The notes under the pieces: model-generated
The model's database searches: none
What the model was told of the DNA's origin: nothing
What the model saw: the letters and a program-made list of their open reading frames with translations, nothing else
Part shown: one piece after another, positions 11,569-25,439 of the stretch
How the letters are laid out: each line of letters begins with the position of its first letter
How positions within the stretch are numbered: the stretch's first letter is position 1
From: Octopus bimaculoides
Lineage: Eukaryota
Direction of reading: 5' to 3'
NCBI RefSeq assembly: GCF_001194135.2
Contig: NC_068986.1
Coordinates: 95,612,614 to 95,676,613, forward strand
DNA: 64,000 nucleotides
Program-made: the position numbers and the translations under genes

Positions 11569-12231
11569 GCGAATTTTTTTTCTTTTTTCTCACGTGAGTT
11601 CCGGACCCCAGTAATGAACTCAAATGATACAGCCAATCAGAGATCACCTTGACCTTGTTGCACACAAACAACTACGCAGGGGCAGCCATGCAGATAACGA
11701 ACGATCAGATCCGTTCAGCTCTCAGATTATGCCTAGACACAAAGCCTAACATAACATTCGTGAATAGGTTAAAAACAACCAATCTATTGGTAAAACACAC
11801 TCTACCAAGTAAACTCAAGACGAAGAACGGTATTGTAAGTCGACCGATCGCCAAGTAATGCCTTATTTTAGGAGACAAGTAATTAGATTTGCATCTATAC
11901 CTATCATCGGATTTTGTTAGGTCTTCATATGGTAAAGATGTGGATGGGAAAAGTGTGGGTAGAGGGTGATGTGCGAGCAACCCTCTCCCCTAACTGTTTT
12001 ACAAAGTAAACAATACAAATAATTACGCAGAGGCAGCCATGGTTGAAACAAGAACAACAAGCATTATTAAAAGAGGGAAGAAACATGGTCTGTCCTTATC
12101 CAAGTGACCTTATCTTATCGCCCATCACTTACGCGCTCTTAAATTAGTTTGATAGTTGAGTTCTGATTGGTTTTATGCAAATTGTTCATAACTGGGATCC
12201 GGAACTCTCGTGGGGGGGGAAAAAATTTCGC
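11569..12231. mobile_element. Non-autonomous DNA element with imperfect ~70-bp terminal inverted repeats
   Basis: gcgaattttttt..cacgtgagttccggaccccagtaatgaac..ccaatcaga mirrored at about 12160-12231. Internal direct repeat a(c/t)tacgcag(g/a)ggcagccatg near 11670 and 12022. Confidence 0.55.
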
Positions 12232-15200
12232 TGGCCTCAGTCTAATGACTTGAAACAATTGAAAGAAAGTGTAGATGGCAGAGGTAACTGAGTAGAGGAA
12301 AATATTTCTTGCATTCAGTTATCTCCCTTTACATACAAGTTGAAATACAGCAAGACTGACATTGATTCTTTGAATAGTCTCTAAAATAGTTATGTACTGG
12401 CGATCAATTAAATCAGCTACAATCCTCCCCAAAATCTATAGCCTCATACAAATTCGTTACTCAAAGGATTGTAGAACTGACAGAGCGATAAACTAAATAA
12501 TGTCTTGCAAAATTTTTTTTTTTTTTTTTTTGCACTTCATTAAATTATACTCAAATACACTTAGCTGTCCATCCTTCCAGAAATTAGCAAAAGAGGTAGT
12601 AACTTAACATGTTATACGACCCATCCACATTTACCCACAACATACATAGACTCATCTGCAGATGACATTATAGAAATATCCTCATATCACAACTCTAATC
12701 TCATTATTGGCTAATGCAACTCCTTAATAACAGACACAGAGCACCAAATAAAGTCTCCTGTTTTCCAAAATAATTGAGAATAATTTACAACTAGCCATCA
12801 CATTCAGAGCAACACACACGCAAGAAACAATCGGTATTCAGTCCTTTCAAGCTGTCAGTATTCTGATTTTTAGCTCCTTTCAATTTGTTCTGACACTCTT
12901 GCATTTGTGTGTGTGCCCCCCCCCCTTCTACCACCATTTGACAACCAGTGTAGGTTTGTTTGGCAAGGCTTTAAAAAATAGTTACTGGGGTCAGTTTGAT
13001 TAAACCTTTCAAGTCAGTGTCCCAGTGTGGCTGCAGTCCAGTGACTGAAACAAGTAAAAGATAAACTGTTACCTATTGTTTAGTTACAAGTCATTCTAAA
13101 TTAAACACTTATTATATCTATGACGGGCTTCTTTCAGTTTCTATCTACCAAATCCACTAACAGTTTTGGTTGGCCCAGGGCTATAAAAGACACTTGCCCC
13201 AAGCGTCACACAAAAGGACTGAACCCAGAACCCTGTGATTGGGAGGCTAGTTTTCTTACCACACCTGTGGAAATAATAATTATATAGTGTTAGGAAGATG
13301 ATAGATTCCCCACCTCTACCTAAACTTTCAAGGAGTTTCCTTTCAGTCCATTTCTGACTGAGATTGAACACCCATCTTATAGCTTTATACCCACCAAACT
13401 ATGGTTCCAGTGAGACATAGATTTGTATGGAATTACCTCCTCAGTATCAAGTTTAAAGCCTAATAAACTTTTGTTACTACCTTACATTCCTTCAGTAATG
13501 TGGAGACTATTGTGATTTCTGAGACATCTAACAGTATTATAGTAAGATCACCTACATATGCTGATATAACATCCTATGTTCTGGTTTGTGCAGAGTGCCC
13601 TTTGACAAAGTTTAAACAGTGGTTCTAGAACCAAAACATACAGGACTGGAGGAAGGGGACACTTTTGGACTGAACTAATTCAAAGCAGTTCCAAAATGTG
13701 GTTATCCAAAACCGCCAAGCAAGTGCCAAAGTACAAAGAAGTTACCCAACTTTAAAAATGGGATGAAGGTTGAATGCATTTAAGACAATCTTCATATAGT
13801 GAGGGTCAGAAAACTTTAGATTGACTAAATTTGATCAGAACCCCTTCTATGATGTATTGCATGGGGTAGTGGCTAGCCTGGATAGTACTGCTGATCTATG
13901 CAGCCCTGTGAAAAGCACCAACCTCTCTGCAAAAATTTGGTCAAAATAACTCTATATTTAGCAGAGGTTACTGACCTGAAATTGTCAGCCACACCCTCCC
14001 TCTTTTTCTCCATATCTTTCAACACTGCTTCTCCCCAGCTCACATAACAGAATTTTCCCACCCTGTTGCCAGTTGTGATGGATGTCTGCCAAGAGAGAAG
14101 CAAATAACATAAACATAAGGCCTATAGGTAAAAGCAGCCGAAGCCACCAAATCACCCTTCACACAGCCACTCAGTACTTCCTGTTTCTCAGCTGCCATTA
14201 TTGACATTTCATGACACTTCAACTCTTCTGAAGAAAATCATGTAGCTTTTGAATGATGTCACCCATGGCTAGACAGGTAAGCCAACACTGCCTGAATGGA
14301 CTGGAGCAATATGAAACGAAGTGTTTTGCTCAAGAACACAACAACCCCACCTGTCTACACAAATAAATGTAATAAGTGTGTGTGTACTATATATATATAT
14401 GCACAAGTATGGCTCTGTGCTTAAGTTCACTTCACAACCACATAGTTTCACGTTCAGTCCTACTGTGCACTACCATAGCCCTAAGTTGACCAATGACTTG
14501 TGAATGAATTTATGAATTTGGTAGACAGAAACTGTGCAGAAACCCAGCACGTATGTGTATGCATAGTGTTTATCTCTCACCACTTGACACTGGTGCTGTT
14601 TTGTTTTGCAAAAAGAAAATGAGAGAATAAGTAGCAGGTTTAAAAGTACTGAAGTCGATTTTCTTTTCTTTTCCCTGCTTTCTCAACTAAAATTTTTCAT
14701 GTGGTACCCCAACACGACTATAGTCCAATGACTGAAATAAGTTAGAAAGGAAGAGAATTTAAAGAGGTAAAAAAAAATATATATCAAGCACCTTCTTAGT
14801 GTATTCCCATTTTTGTTGATGTGTGTGTGTAAGGACATAGCATGGTCAAATGATCAAGAAGCTTGCTTCAAAATCATTTGCAATCCATGCAAGCATGGAA
14901 AAGTGGACGTTAAAACTATGAGGATGAAAAACTGTACAAAAACCTTTCAAATGGATTGCACCTGCATTTTAAAGCCACAGCCTTGTCATGCGTTGTTATA
15001 CTGAGAAAGAGAGAGAACAATAACAAAACAGAATAGGTGAGTGAAACAGCAAGAATATGATGGAAAAGGTAGGGTTATTTGAAACGGAGTTTAGAATGGA
15101 GTGATTAGTAATAGTAGACAAAAGCAAGGATGGGTGATGAGATAAATCCAAAAATAAGGTGATGAATGGAAGTGATCCAGTGGAGAGTGATGGCTAGCAG

Positions 15201-18200
15201 TACGGAAAGAAATTAGTGTATTTGGATAGGGGAAGGAATGGTAATTCGACGCAGTCTTTATATGTAGCTCTAGTGAAGGGCAATTCTGTCAGGGTCGCGA
15301 GGATGACTGCATAGTCAGCACAGTTGGTAGGGAGATGAGAGATGGAGGGTTATGAGTGGTAAAGAGACAGGCAAAAGAAAGGGGCTGGCGATAGTCCATG
15401 AATAAGCAAGAACCAGAAAACGTTTGCAAGTTACAGAAAACTGCTCCATCTCTTACAAGAAGTAGAGTTAGACGTGCGGAATATCTTACAAAAACGTACG
15501 CCCAATTGATAGGGTAGTGCAGAGGGGAGGCAAACAAATGCGATATAACTTAACAAATGCAGACGTGTATGTATGTGCGCGCGTAAACATTTATTCACTC
15601 GTTTAATTCTATACATACATGTGTATTTATTTTTATGACATAGTACGACCAAATAGTTAAGAACGATTCGCAATCGCGATGTCTGACGTATGCCACTGCA
15701 CGGTATGTCGGGCAAATGTCATTTACCATAGTTTCGGATCGATCAACATCTCAGGTAAAACTATAGATAGGAACTGTATTGAAGCCCGCTGTATCTTTAA
15801 CGGCATTCAATCGATGGATTGTATCGTTAATTCAATCCATCTTTAATTGTATCAAAGGTTCTGCTTTGTCAGTGTAATTACTGATTTCTTCCTGAGAATC
15901 AAATTAAGAGCATACGTGTTTGAGGGACACTCAATCATTATCTTGTATATTACAATGGTGTAGGGAGGTCAGTTGATGGATCATCTGAATAATCATCAAA
16001 ACTGAAATCTGTTACTTTTTTTTTTTCGCATTTGACTACACAGATGCGTCTGTGTGATGCAACTACTTTATTTTAATTACTAATTTGTCTTTGTTAAAAA
16101 TATAACCGATCGACAAAAAAAAAGGATAAACACACAAAGACAAGAGAGGGAGAAACGAGAATTTAAAGGTAGTCCGACAGGTTGATAGCAAATGGAAAAC
16201 CATCAGCCATCACATTACAAAACAGGGCCGGGATGTCAGTTATACAATAAAACCCTAAACAATAAAGCTTAGGGAGCCGGAATTTAAATTTTAAACAGGC
16301 AAGCTGATTGGCTGAAAGAAGAACGCCTTCTGAACCCGACGCGAACATCTTCCTCGCCAACCATTACGATATGGCAGAATTATATTTTAACTACGATAAT
16401 TGAAAACCAAATGAATAACCAGCAACGAATTAATTTTATTTCTTTCAAACACACGCATGTGCACACACACATACTAGCTCGACCTGCTAGAAATAGCAGC
16501 CAAATATCCCTTGATTAAACCCTACTGTCTGAGAAAAAAGTTATGGACAGGTTAGAAAACGTAACCAAACTACATTAGTCACGTCTAGGACTAACAAGGA
16601 ACCAGACAGATGGTGGTTTTCCTTTTCTGAATGTCTATTACAAAACAGCGGCAACTTTAGATCTTTTGTCAATAAACATACTGAATCTGGTTGCATATCC
16701 TTCATGGATATTAAGTCATTCATTAATATAGTTTATTTAAAAACCGAAATTTAAAATATACAAAGAATTTTCAAGATTAAAAAATACAAAAATACTACCT
16801 TAATGAATAAAGATGGTGAAAAGTTTTGTTTTTTAAATATAGGATTGAGTCATGTAAATGCGTTGAGGAAAAAAATATTTAACGCTTCGAAAGGAGGACA
16901 GGACACGAGTCGAAAATTGTAAATTCGATAGTTTTACATTCCCGCAATAACCTACATTACTGTCTAATAGCTATTTGTGTGCGTGTGTGTCCCTTTATTG
17001 GCGGAAAATTTTGATGAGATGGTATTTTAGCAGAAACTGCTCCAGCTAAGTCTTAGCTAATTAAAACAAACACATAACGGTTATATACTGCTACATCAAC
17101 CATTGCATTGTTGTTTAGCCCTGAATCAACCACAACAACGAAAAACAAAACAGTTCAACTGTGACTAACCTATCCCGTCATTTTACTGGTATCTAGGACA
17201 TAATCTAATAAATGCTTTTCCATTTAAAACGCTAAGAAATAATTTGGCTGTTATTTCTTAGATCGGGCGATCTTTCAATAGCGTTGGTTAGCCTGTTAGA
17301 AATATCAGCCAAACTTCCCTGAACTCACATCGCACAAGCTTTAAAAAGAAAGAGCAAGGACACAAAGACAATGTAGTTCGGTATACAAAAGAACTAGAAC
17401 AGTTTGATCATATTTCTGTTTGATGAGAATTGACTTGAGCTAAAGCTTTATTCCATCTCTTATATTATTAGTTTTGTAACAATCTTTTGACACATGCAAA
17501 CACTATTTAACAGCATGTGTGGTGGCTAAAATACAATTTCTATATATTTTCAAAGATTGATATGCAGATGATTATGAATTAAGTTGTTATATTAACGCGA
17601 ATTAGGAATATCACTATCCCGTCATAGATGGATGAATAGAGCTAAAATAAGTATAAGACCTAACAGTACCATAGACTCCAATCCATTTGAGATCACCGAG
17701 TCTGGAATTCATAATGGCTATCTTCACATTTAGCGTCCTAAATGATCTTTCATTTCGCCGTTTTAAAAGCATTCGAATGTAACAAAACTAGGACTGACAA
17801 TGAAAGCCAATTTAATAACTCATTTGCTAATTAATAAACAGCTTATGTTCTCTAATTGCTAATACAATTTTTTTTCTCAAAAGCCTTTCGCCTACTACCA
17901 ATATACATCATCTCTATTCAAACTTTAAAAACTTTACGATATTCCAGTTCGACTTTCACATTTTATAACTGAGATTTCGCTAAGTTATTTTGATTATTGA
18001 GCAGAGGGAAACATGAAACTATAAAATAGTTATTTTAAGCGTTGAACACAAGGTCGCCTCCATAAAACCTAGAAAAAGTCAGACTACAGACAGACTGTTT
18101 CCTTTCCTCTTTCCCGAATTTCGTATATAGATAGGCTTAGTGACCACTGATTTTGTTTCTACATAACTTTCTTGATGCATATTTCTTTTAATGAAATTTA

Positions 18201-18750
18201 GCAGATATGTTTTCGAAGATACACACTAAGATTATGAGAAAATAGTTTTTCGTTTTACAATAATTTAAGCAACTTGCAGATCGTGTCCACCAAAGCAGTG
18301 ACTCATTTTATCATAGCAGTATCACTCACCAAACATGTTTTTGTCTGTCAAAGATATCTTTATCTACGTCCAAGTTTAGCACCCGTAAATTAGCAGCAGC
18401 AGCATGAAACCCTAATAGCTGACAGAGATATATAAGTACAGTTAATCTACACCTTAGAAAATGTATCTGCAAACTTACATTTAAAAAAATCGTTAAAGTT
18501 TAGTCGGACGGGGGAGTTCACACTAAGTCATATCCTTAATTATTTTAATTGCAATACAAAAGAGAATCTGAATCCGAAAACACTCGATTCTTTTCAAAGA
18601 CTGAATTTCATTAGAAATATTATAATCAGGAAACTTAAGCGTGCTCATAACAGAGCAATGAATGAAACGATATGCAGTCGCTAAAAAAACACTCGTTCTT
18701 CATGTGAAATTAGATGAAACCGATTCAGAGTTACTTTCGTTCCCCCACAG

Positions 18751-18888
18751 CAACTCGCATCCATGTCGCTGCACTGCGGACAACAAACGACCGCGTTCAC
18801 AAACCAGCAGGAGAAACTCCGTGGTGGTTTGGCAGCTATGGAACGAGTTGAGCGCTGTTGGACTGAAGTGTCGAGTTCAAACCATTCT
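18751..18888 (+). other. Candidate spliced exon (138 nt), product unknown
   Basis: tttcgttcccccacag acceptor and tct|gtaaga donor; CpG-rich; two frames open; no recognisable domain. Confidence 0.3.
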
Positions 18889-20886
18889 GTAAGAAATGCG
18901 CTCTCAATCAACCAACAGCTTTCTATCATGATTGCTTTCAAATGATTAACACCGAAGCTCGGAATAGTGGATAGATAAAGAGCTTGGCAGCGGTTTCATA
19001 TCGTGGATTTTAAATGTTAGACACTTCCTCATAGACAGGCAGTCATTTCCTTTGTATTAACACATGTAACTGCCCCAAAAAGTTTTAATTACCTGCTGAC
19101 TGAATTGTGAAGAAAATTAAAAAATAAAATACTCTGACAACCCCTACCATCTTCAATGAAACGTGGCAACCCAAGAGTATATTTACAGAATCTGCTCAGT
19201 TTCTCCTAACTTAAATGATGCAGTTCACCTTATGAAACAATGTTCTTTCTCACTTCTGTTCCACGATTTTCGCTTGTTTGGAACCGAAAAAAGAAACAAT
19301 TGTAGAACGTCACACGCCTAACACCATAATAAAGATTAAATACAATCTGACTCATCAGTTATAAATCGATGGCAACTAACTTGAACTAAGGTACCATGTG
19401 TTGCGTTTTAACATTGTTGACCTAGTTCAGGTAACGTCAACAAACATCAACACAACCACAATACAGCAAGCATTCCGCTCCAGTTCCAAAATGTTTTGTT
19501 TCAGTCACTGGACTATGGCCATACTGGCGGGGGGAGGGGGGGGACTACCGCCAGGAATTCTTTAGTCGTTCAAATCGACCATGGTACTTTTTATGCTTAG
19601 GGCATCCCATAACTCAAACCACTAGTTCAGGGGAACGTAAACAAACCAATACCCGTTATCAAGCGATGATGGGGGTGGGGAACAAACACACAACGGGCTT
19701 CTTTCAGTTTCCGTCTACCAAATCCAATCAGCTTCTGGTTGACCCAGGGATATAGTCGACACTTGCCCAAGGTGCAGCAAATGAGACTGAATCCGAAACC
19801 ACATTGCTGCAAAACCAGTTGCTCAACAGCCATGCTGGCGTCCGTGTACAAGGTTAAAGGCGATTTAAAAATTAAATCGAAATCGCACACGAAATTGCTA
19901 GAAAATCTAACAAGATCTTTTGAGGAAACCACAATTGCTATACACGGGTTTGTGATCAGAGCCATTAAATGACGAGTAATACATTGCACGAATTATGAAC
20001 ACCGTTGTTTCACTCGGGGTCAGTGAAGTGATACAAAGCAGAGCGGAAATCAAATCCACGTGGACCGATCTTATAAACACAGCAATGAGATCTCGACTTT
20101 ATGGAAATCCTATAAACTCGATAACATATTCGTTTTCCACACTTGTTTGTTGTACCCACCAGGCTGGTTTATTATTTTTTTTTTTTTTGTTCCCAGGTGG
20201 TCTTTATACTAACCGTCAAAATTAGGCCGGATATTCTGAAAGCATGTCAGGGCAAATTCTGCTTTCTTGCACGAGAAAAGTTTCAGTCTTTAGAGAAGAT
20301 TCGATCCACTAACACAACAGCTCACAAATTTGTGGCAAGCTGTTACGGCTAAAAATTACAATTATTGTTGTCCAAGTAGATGCTTGGAAAATGCAATATA
20401 TCAACTCCAAAAAGGAAAAGAAACAGCGCAGAATAGTTTCCCACGAGCTTAATGAAATACTTTTCCGACCATTGCAGAAGTCCAGTGACAAAGGGTGATG
20501 CTTCAATTTGTCAATCAATTACAACAAAACAGAAAGTGGGGTGCTAATCACCTAGTCTCGCTGAATGAGTTCTCAAAACAGTCCTTAGAGAGGGTCATTG
20601 CAACTTTAATTTCTTTTAATAATTTACGAATGAATTTCAATCACTTTTGGTCACTCATTAAGGCGTGATTTTCATAATTTTACTGGTAACTTCATTAGTC
20701 ACGTTGTCAAAAAATAGATTATTTGGATTAGTTTGTTAGTATTTTTTCACTACCCTCTCGAGACAAATATAATAGCCAGTGAGAAAGGAGTCAACCAGCT
20801 AACATAATAAAGAAAAAATATGAAATAACGAATACAGAAATAACTTAACAAGAATACGTCTTATATTTACAAGAAGATGATTTTAA

Positions 20887-20919
<33 letters not shown>

Positions 20920-23900
20920 GGTTTGGAAAAAAAATATATATAAAAAACTTAGGGGTTAGGGGCGACCCCTGGCTGTTTTCACAACTGTTTATAAATGGGG
21001 AATATACAAGATCTCCTTTTTATGTCTTCCTCCCTTTCAATTTTGAAGTTATCTTAAAAATAAAGATTAAAAAATATATATATAATGTATACATAAAATA
21101 AAACAAGTTCATTAAGAATGTTGATGAAAGAAAGTTAAATTTTAAGGTGGTGGTGATGGTGGTGAAAGAAGGGGGGGGGGTATGTGAGTGGTTGTAATTC
21201 ATTTCAATGACGTTTAAAGAAAATGAGCAGTGATCAGCTCGAAGTGGGTCGATTGACCTCATGCCATGAGGGATGTAAAACAACCATAGACCTCAGAAAA
21301 TGACAAGTTTTTAAATCTTAACGATACTATTCATAAAGGCACAAGATGCAAGATTTACAAGGGAAGTACCTAAGTATTATGCTAAGAATAAGTGTTTGTG
21401 AAGCTTATCCAGCTTCGAGGTAACACACTATACTGACACGGTGACGAAGTGCAGTATTGGCCTAATTAGTTCCTTTGGCAGCAATCTGAAAGGCATTGCG
21501 AAGTCTTAACAGTCCCCCCTCAGGACTGTTTCCAAATGTCACTTCCAAGTGAGTACATGTAGTCAATATTTTTAATGTAACGATTGCATCAGGTTGTATA
21601 ACATGTTCATAATATAGATCGATGTAGGTTATATATACCGACATCGGACATTTGGTCAATTGTCAGTGAACGAAATATACACTCAAGAATCGACAAGGCG
21701 AAACAGTCATTACTTACTGACTGGATTTATACACTGAATTTGCCAATAGGTAATAAACCTCAAATTGGGTCGCAATTTTATATTTCGCGATGTAAAAAAT
21801 TTGGCTATTTTTTAATTCTCAGATAAAGTACGTCATTACTTCTCTCACTGACCCTCCCATGCACTATTTAAACCAAAATATCCGGCGTGATTAAAAAAAC
21901 ACACGCTAGCTGCAGCAAGTGACTGAACTACTTACTATAACAAAAGCAGCCAGACCGGCTCTGAAACCATAAATGTTGCTTTGTATGTGCTGAGAAATAA
22001 AATAACTGGATGGACTTAAAATTTTCTTTCTGGTTAAACAAAAGAACATGAACATCATTACAAAATGCTCCTTCTGAGCTTTTGTGTGTTAAGGTCATTT
22101 GGCAAGGTAACTGAAGGTTGATGGGGGTATTTAACAAGGTTTTGGCAGTGAATGGAGCGGGATTTTATTTTCAAAATGAGTTCGATGAATTTAGCTAGCA
22201 ATGGAAAGTGGGCTAAGAAATTAGTAATCTAGAGTGGCTGACAGACAGGTTTTTTGTTCAGGTGGAGGAGGATTAAGGATGGGAATGAAGTGTGAAAAAT
22301 TCAAGAAAATATATATAAATACATATAAAATATTACGTGTTTCTTAAACAAAATTACTCTTTCATAGTACATTTGTAATTCTTAATTACTAATTATAGTT
22401 GGCCTAACTGAAAGATATATACATTATCCTATCGGCAACATCATGCCAAACTGTGTCAATCACTCATCCCACGCCAGCTTTTCTAAGTTCTATTTCTTAT
22501 GAAGTTAATGAACTGAATGATTTCATCCCTTTACTATATTCTAGCATTTCTGCCGTGAGTGATGTAGTAGCCGGCAGAATACCAAAAGGAAAATATATGT
22601 GAGGATATGGACAGAAGAAAGCACATCGTTCGTTATAAGAAAGCTGTATTATCTTAGAACGAAACTAGGCAAGCTGCTTCCAGGGTTATTGTGGCAGTCA
22701 CACGTAACCATATCCTATTACAGAAAACTTATAAGCAATTGTAGAAACCTGAAAGGATTCAAAGGAAAAAAATAGTATTTAAACTTTAAAATTAAAATTA
22801 TAAAACCTTATCAAAGAAAATGGAACTGCTATTCATAACATGTAGGCTTATGGGACAAAAGTTGTTTGTTTCAAAATATGTACATGAGTGACTTTAGGGG
22901 ATAAATGTGGGGGCATATCATGAGAATAGGGATTTGAAAAAAAGATATATCAATTTTTCCTTTCGTTCTCAAAGAAAAAATTTAATATTTTTCTAGGACG
23001 ATGAAAAAATCATTTTTCAATCAGTGAATGATTTTGATAAAAATGAAGGGGGGAGAATTTGGTGATTTTTGTAAAATTGATTTCAAAATGCAAATAAGCA
23101 TTTTTGCTCCAAAAATGCACATTGTCCCTTATAACTGCGGCAAAAAAAAAAAAAAAAAAAANNNNNNNNNNNNNNNNNNNNNNNNNNNNNNNNNNNNNNN
23201 NNNNNNNNNNNNNNNNNNNNNNNNNNNNNNNNNNNNNNNNNNNNNNNNNNNNNNNNNNNNNNNNNNNNNNNNNNNNNNNNNNNNNNNNNNNNNNNNNNNN
23301 NNNNNNNNNNNNNNNNNNNNNNNNNNNNNNNNNNNNNNNNNNNNNNNNNNNNNNNNNNNNNNNNNNNNNNNNNNNNNNNNNNNNNNNNNNNNNNNNNNNN
23401 NNNNNNNNNNNNNNNNNNNNNNNNNNNNNNNNNNNNNNNNNNNNNNNNNNNNNNNNNNNNNNNNNNNNNNNNNNNNNNNNNNNNNNNNNNNNNNNNNNNN
23501 NNNNNNNNNNNNNNNNNNNNNNNNNNNNNNNNNNNNNNNNNNNNNNNNNNNNNNNNNNNNNNNNNNNNNNNNNNNNNNNNNNNNNNNNNNNNNNNNNNNN
23601 NNNNNNNNNNNNNNNNNNNNNNNNNNNNNNNNNNNNNNNNNNNNNNNNNNNNNNNNNNNNNNNNNNNNNNNNNNNNNNNNNNNNNNNNNNNNNNNNNNNN
23701 NNNNNNNNNNNNNNNNNNNNNNNNNNNNNNNNNNNNNNNNNNNNNNNNNNNNNNNNNNNNNNNNNNNNNNNNNNNNNNNNNNNNNNNNNNNNNNNNNNNN
23801 NNNNNNNNNNNNNNNNNNNNNNNNNNNNNNNNNNNNNNNNNNNNNNNNNNNNNNNNNNNNNNNNNNNNNNNNNNNNNNNNNNNNNNNNNNNNNNNNNNNN

Positions 23901-24334
23901 NNNNNNNNNNNNNNNNNNNNNNNNNNNNNNNNNNNNNNNNNNNNNNNNNNNNNNNNNNNNNNNNNNNNNNNNNNNNNNNNNNNNNNNNNNNNNNNNNNNN
24001 NNNNNNNNNNNNNNNNNNNNNNNNNNNNNNNNNNNNNNNNNNNNNNNNNNNNNNNNNNNNNNNNNNNNNNNNNNNNNNNNNNNNNNNNNNNNNNGTTTAA
24101 ACAAATTTTACCAGCTTACAAAGCGATGGAAATGCAATCTAACCTACATTTTCTAATGAGACAGATACAAATATTCTGAAGATTAATTAATATATGTTGT
24201 AGCTATGTAAAGAGTTTCAACGGAGTGGAGGGGAGCCATGCTCATGTTTAAATTTTTACAAAAATAAATATAAAAAAAAAAAAAATATTACACAGTAGCA
24301 TATAAACATTTTATCCTAATTATGGAAAGAAATA

Positions 24335-25186
24335 TCACCAATTAGTGCCGCCGCCATATCCTCCGCCGTACGGTCCCATACCACGTTGTGTGTACATACC
24401 GCCACCACGTCCTCGGGTAGGACCGCCACCCGAGCCATTTCCATAAGCGGTACCAAAATGTCCATATCCATCATAGCCGTCTGCGTAACCCTGGTAACCA
24501 CTTGCTCCGTAACCATCTCCATAGCCTTGATGTCCGCCGTAATTCCATCCCTGGCTTGCATAGGGTCCGCCAGAATAAGCACCTCGCATGCCACCGCGAG
24601 CACCCATCATACCACCACGACCGCCACGCATGTTCTGATTAAGTTCGTTCTTCGATACAGCTTTCTTCACCTCGACATTTTTACCGTTAAGCATGAAGTG
24701 TTTCTGTATTACGCATTTGTCTACACTATCGTGGTCGTCGAAGGTAACGAAACAGAAGCGCTTCGGTTTACCAGTTGTTCTGTCTTTGATCATTTCAATT
24801 TTTTCCACCTCTCCATAAGGGCTAAACACCTCACGAACTTGTTCCTCCGACGTACTTTCGTCCAAGCCACCAACAAACATCTTGTTCACGGTAATTTTGT
24901 TTTCTTGAGCCTCGTCGCGGGGCATTGCTCTCTTCGTATCGACTGTTTTGCCGTCTATCGTATGTGGACGCTCTTTTTGGGTCATATCTAAACTGGTTGG
25001 ATCTTTGAACGTTACGAATCCAAATCCTTTAGATTTGTGCGTAGTGCTGTCCTTCATTATAACACAGTCGACAACATCACCCCATTTCCCGAAATGATTC
25101 CTTAAATTATCCTCTGTGGTTTCAAAGTTTAAACCACCGATGAATAACTTACAGTTCTTCTCGTTTTCTCCGAATTTTTCTGGCAT
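24335..25186 (-). CDS. HNRNPA1-like: hnRNP A1/A2-B1 family RNA-binding protein, 283 aa, intron-free CDS
   Basis: RRM1 (LFIGGL, KGFGFVTF, RPHTIDGKTVDTKRAMPR), RRM2 (MFVGGL, KRFCFVTF, H.LNGKNVEVKKA), RGG boxes, YG-rich low-complexity tail, PY-NLS-like RGMGPY. Open from ATG to TGA. Confidence 0.95.
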   Translation of the reverse strand: MPEKFGENEKNCKLFIGGLNFETTEDNLRNHFGKWGDVVDCVIMKDSTTHKSKGFGFVTFKDPTSLDMTQKERPHTIDGKTVDTKRAMPRDEAQENKITVNKMFVGGLDESTSEEQVREVFSPYGEVEKIEMIKDRTTGKPKRFCFVTFDDHDSVDKCVIQKHFMLNGKNVEVKKAVSKNELNQNMRGGRGGMMGARGGMRGAYSGGPYASQGWNYGGHQGYGDGYGASGYQGYADGYDGYGHFGTAYGNGSGGGPTRGRGGGMYTQRGMGPYGGGYGGGTNW

Positions 25187-25199
25187 TTTCTTTTATGGC

Positions 25200-25430
25200 G
25201 TGAGATGAGAACAAACTTTTTAAAAACGTTAAAAAGTCCGATAAGATTATAAATTGAGCGAGGTGAAAGAGAAGTACCTCAACAGGCTGAACTGAAGGCA
25301 ATGAGCGTGACTTAACAAAGAGGCGAGTCTAGCGATGAAAATGACAAACCACGTGGTTTACCATCTAATCACTAACGGATAAAGACCACCAAGTAGCGCG
25401 ACCACTCTCGTTCAAAAGGCCGCTACTCAA
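25200..25430 (-). promoter_or_regulatory. Putative promoter/5' UTR of the hnRNP gene
   Basis: CpG-retaining unique sequence directly upstream of the ATG; 14-bp palindrome aaaccacgtggttt (E-box) at 25346-25359. Confidence 0.4.
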
Positions 25431-25439
25431 AGAGACTTG

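Noticed and set aside
24386-24991. 201-aa plus-strand ORF and the 95-aa alternative-frame ORF at 24316-24603
   Set aside because: Antisense or out-of-frame shadows of the GC-rich hnRNP CDS; no motifs.
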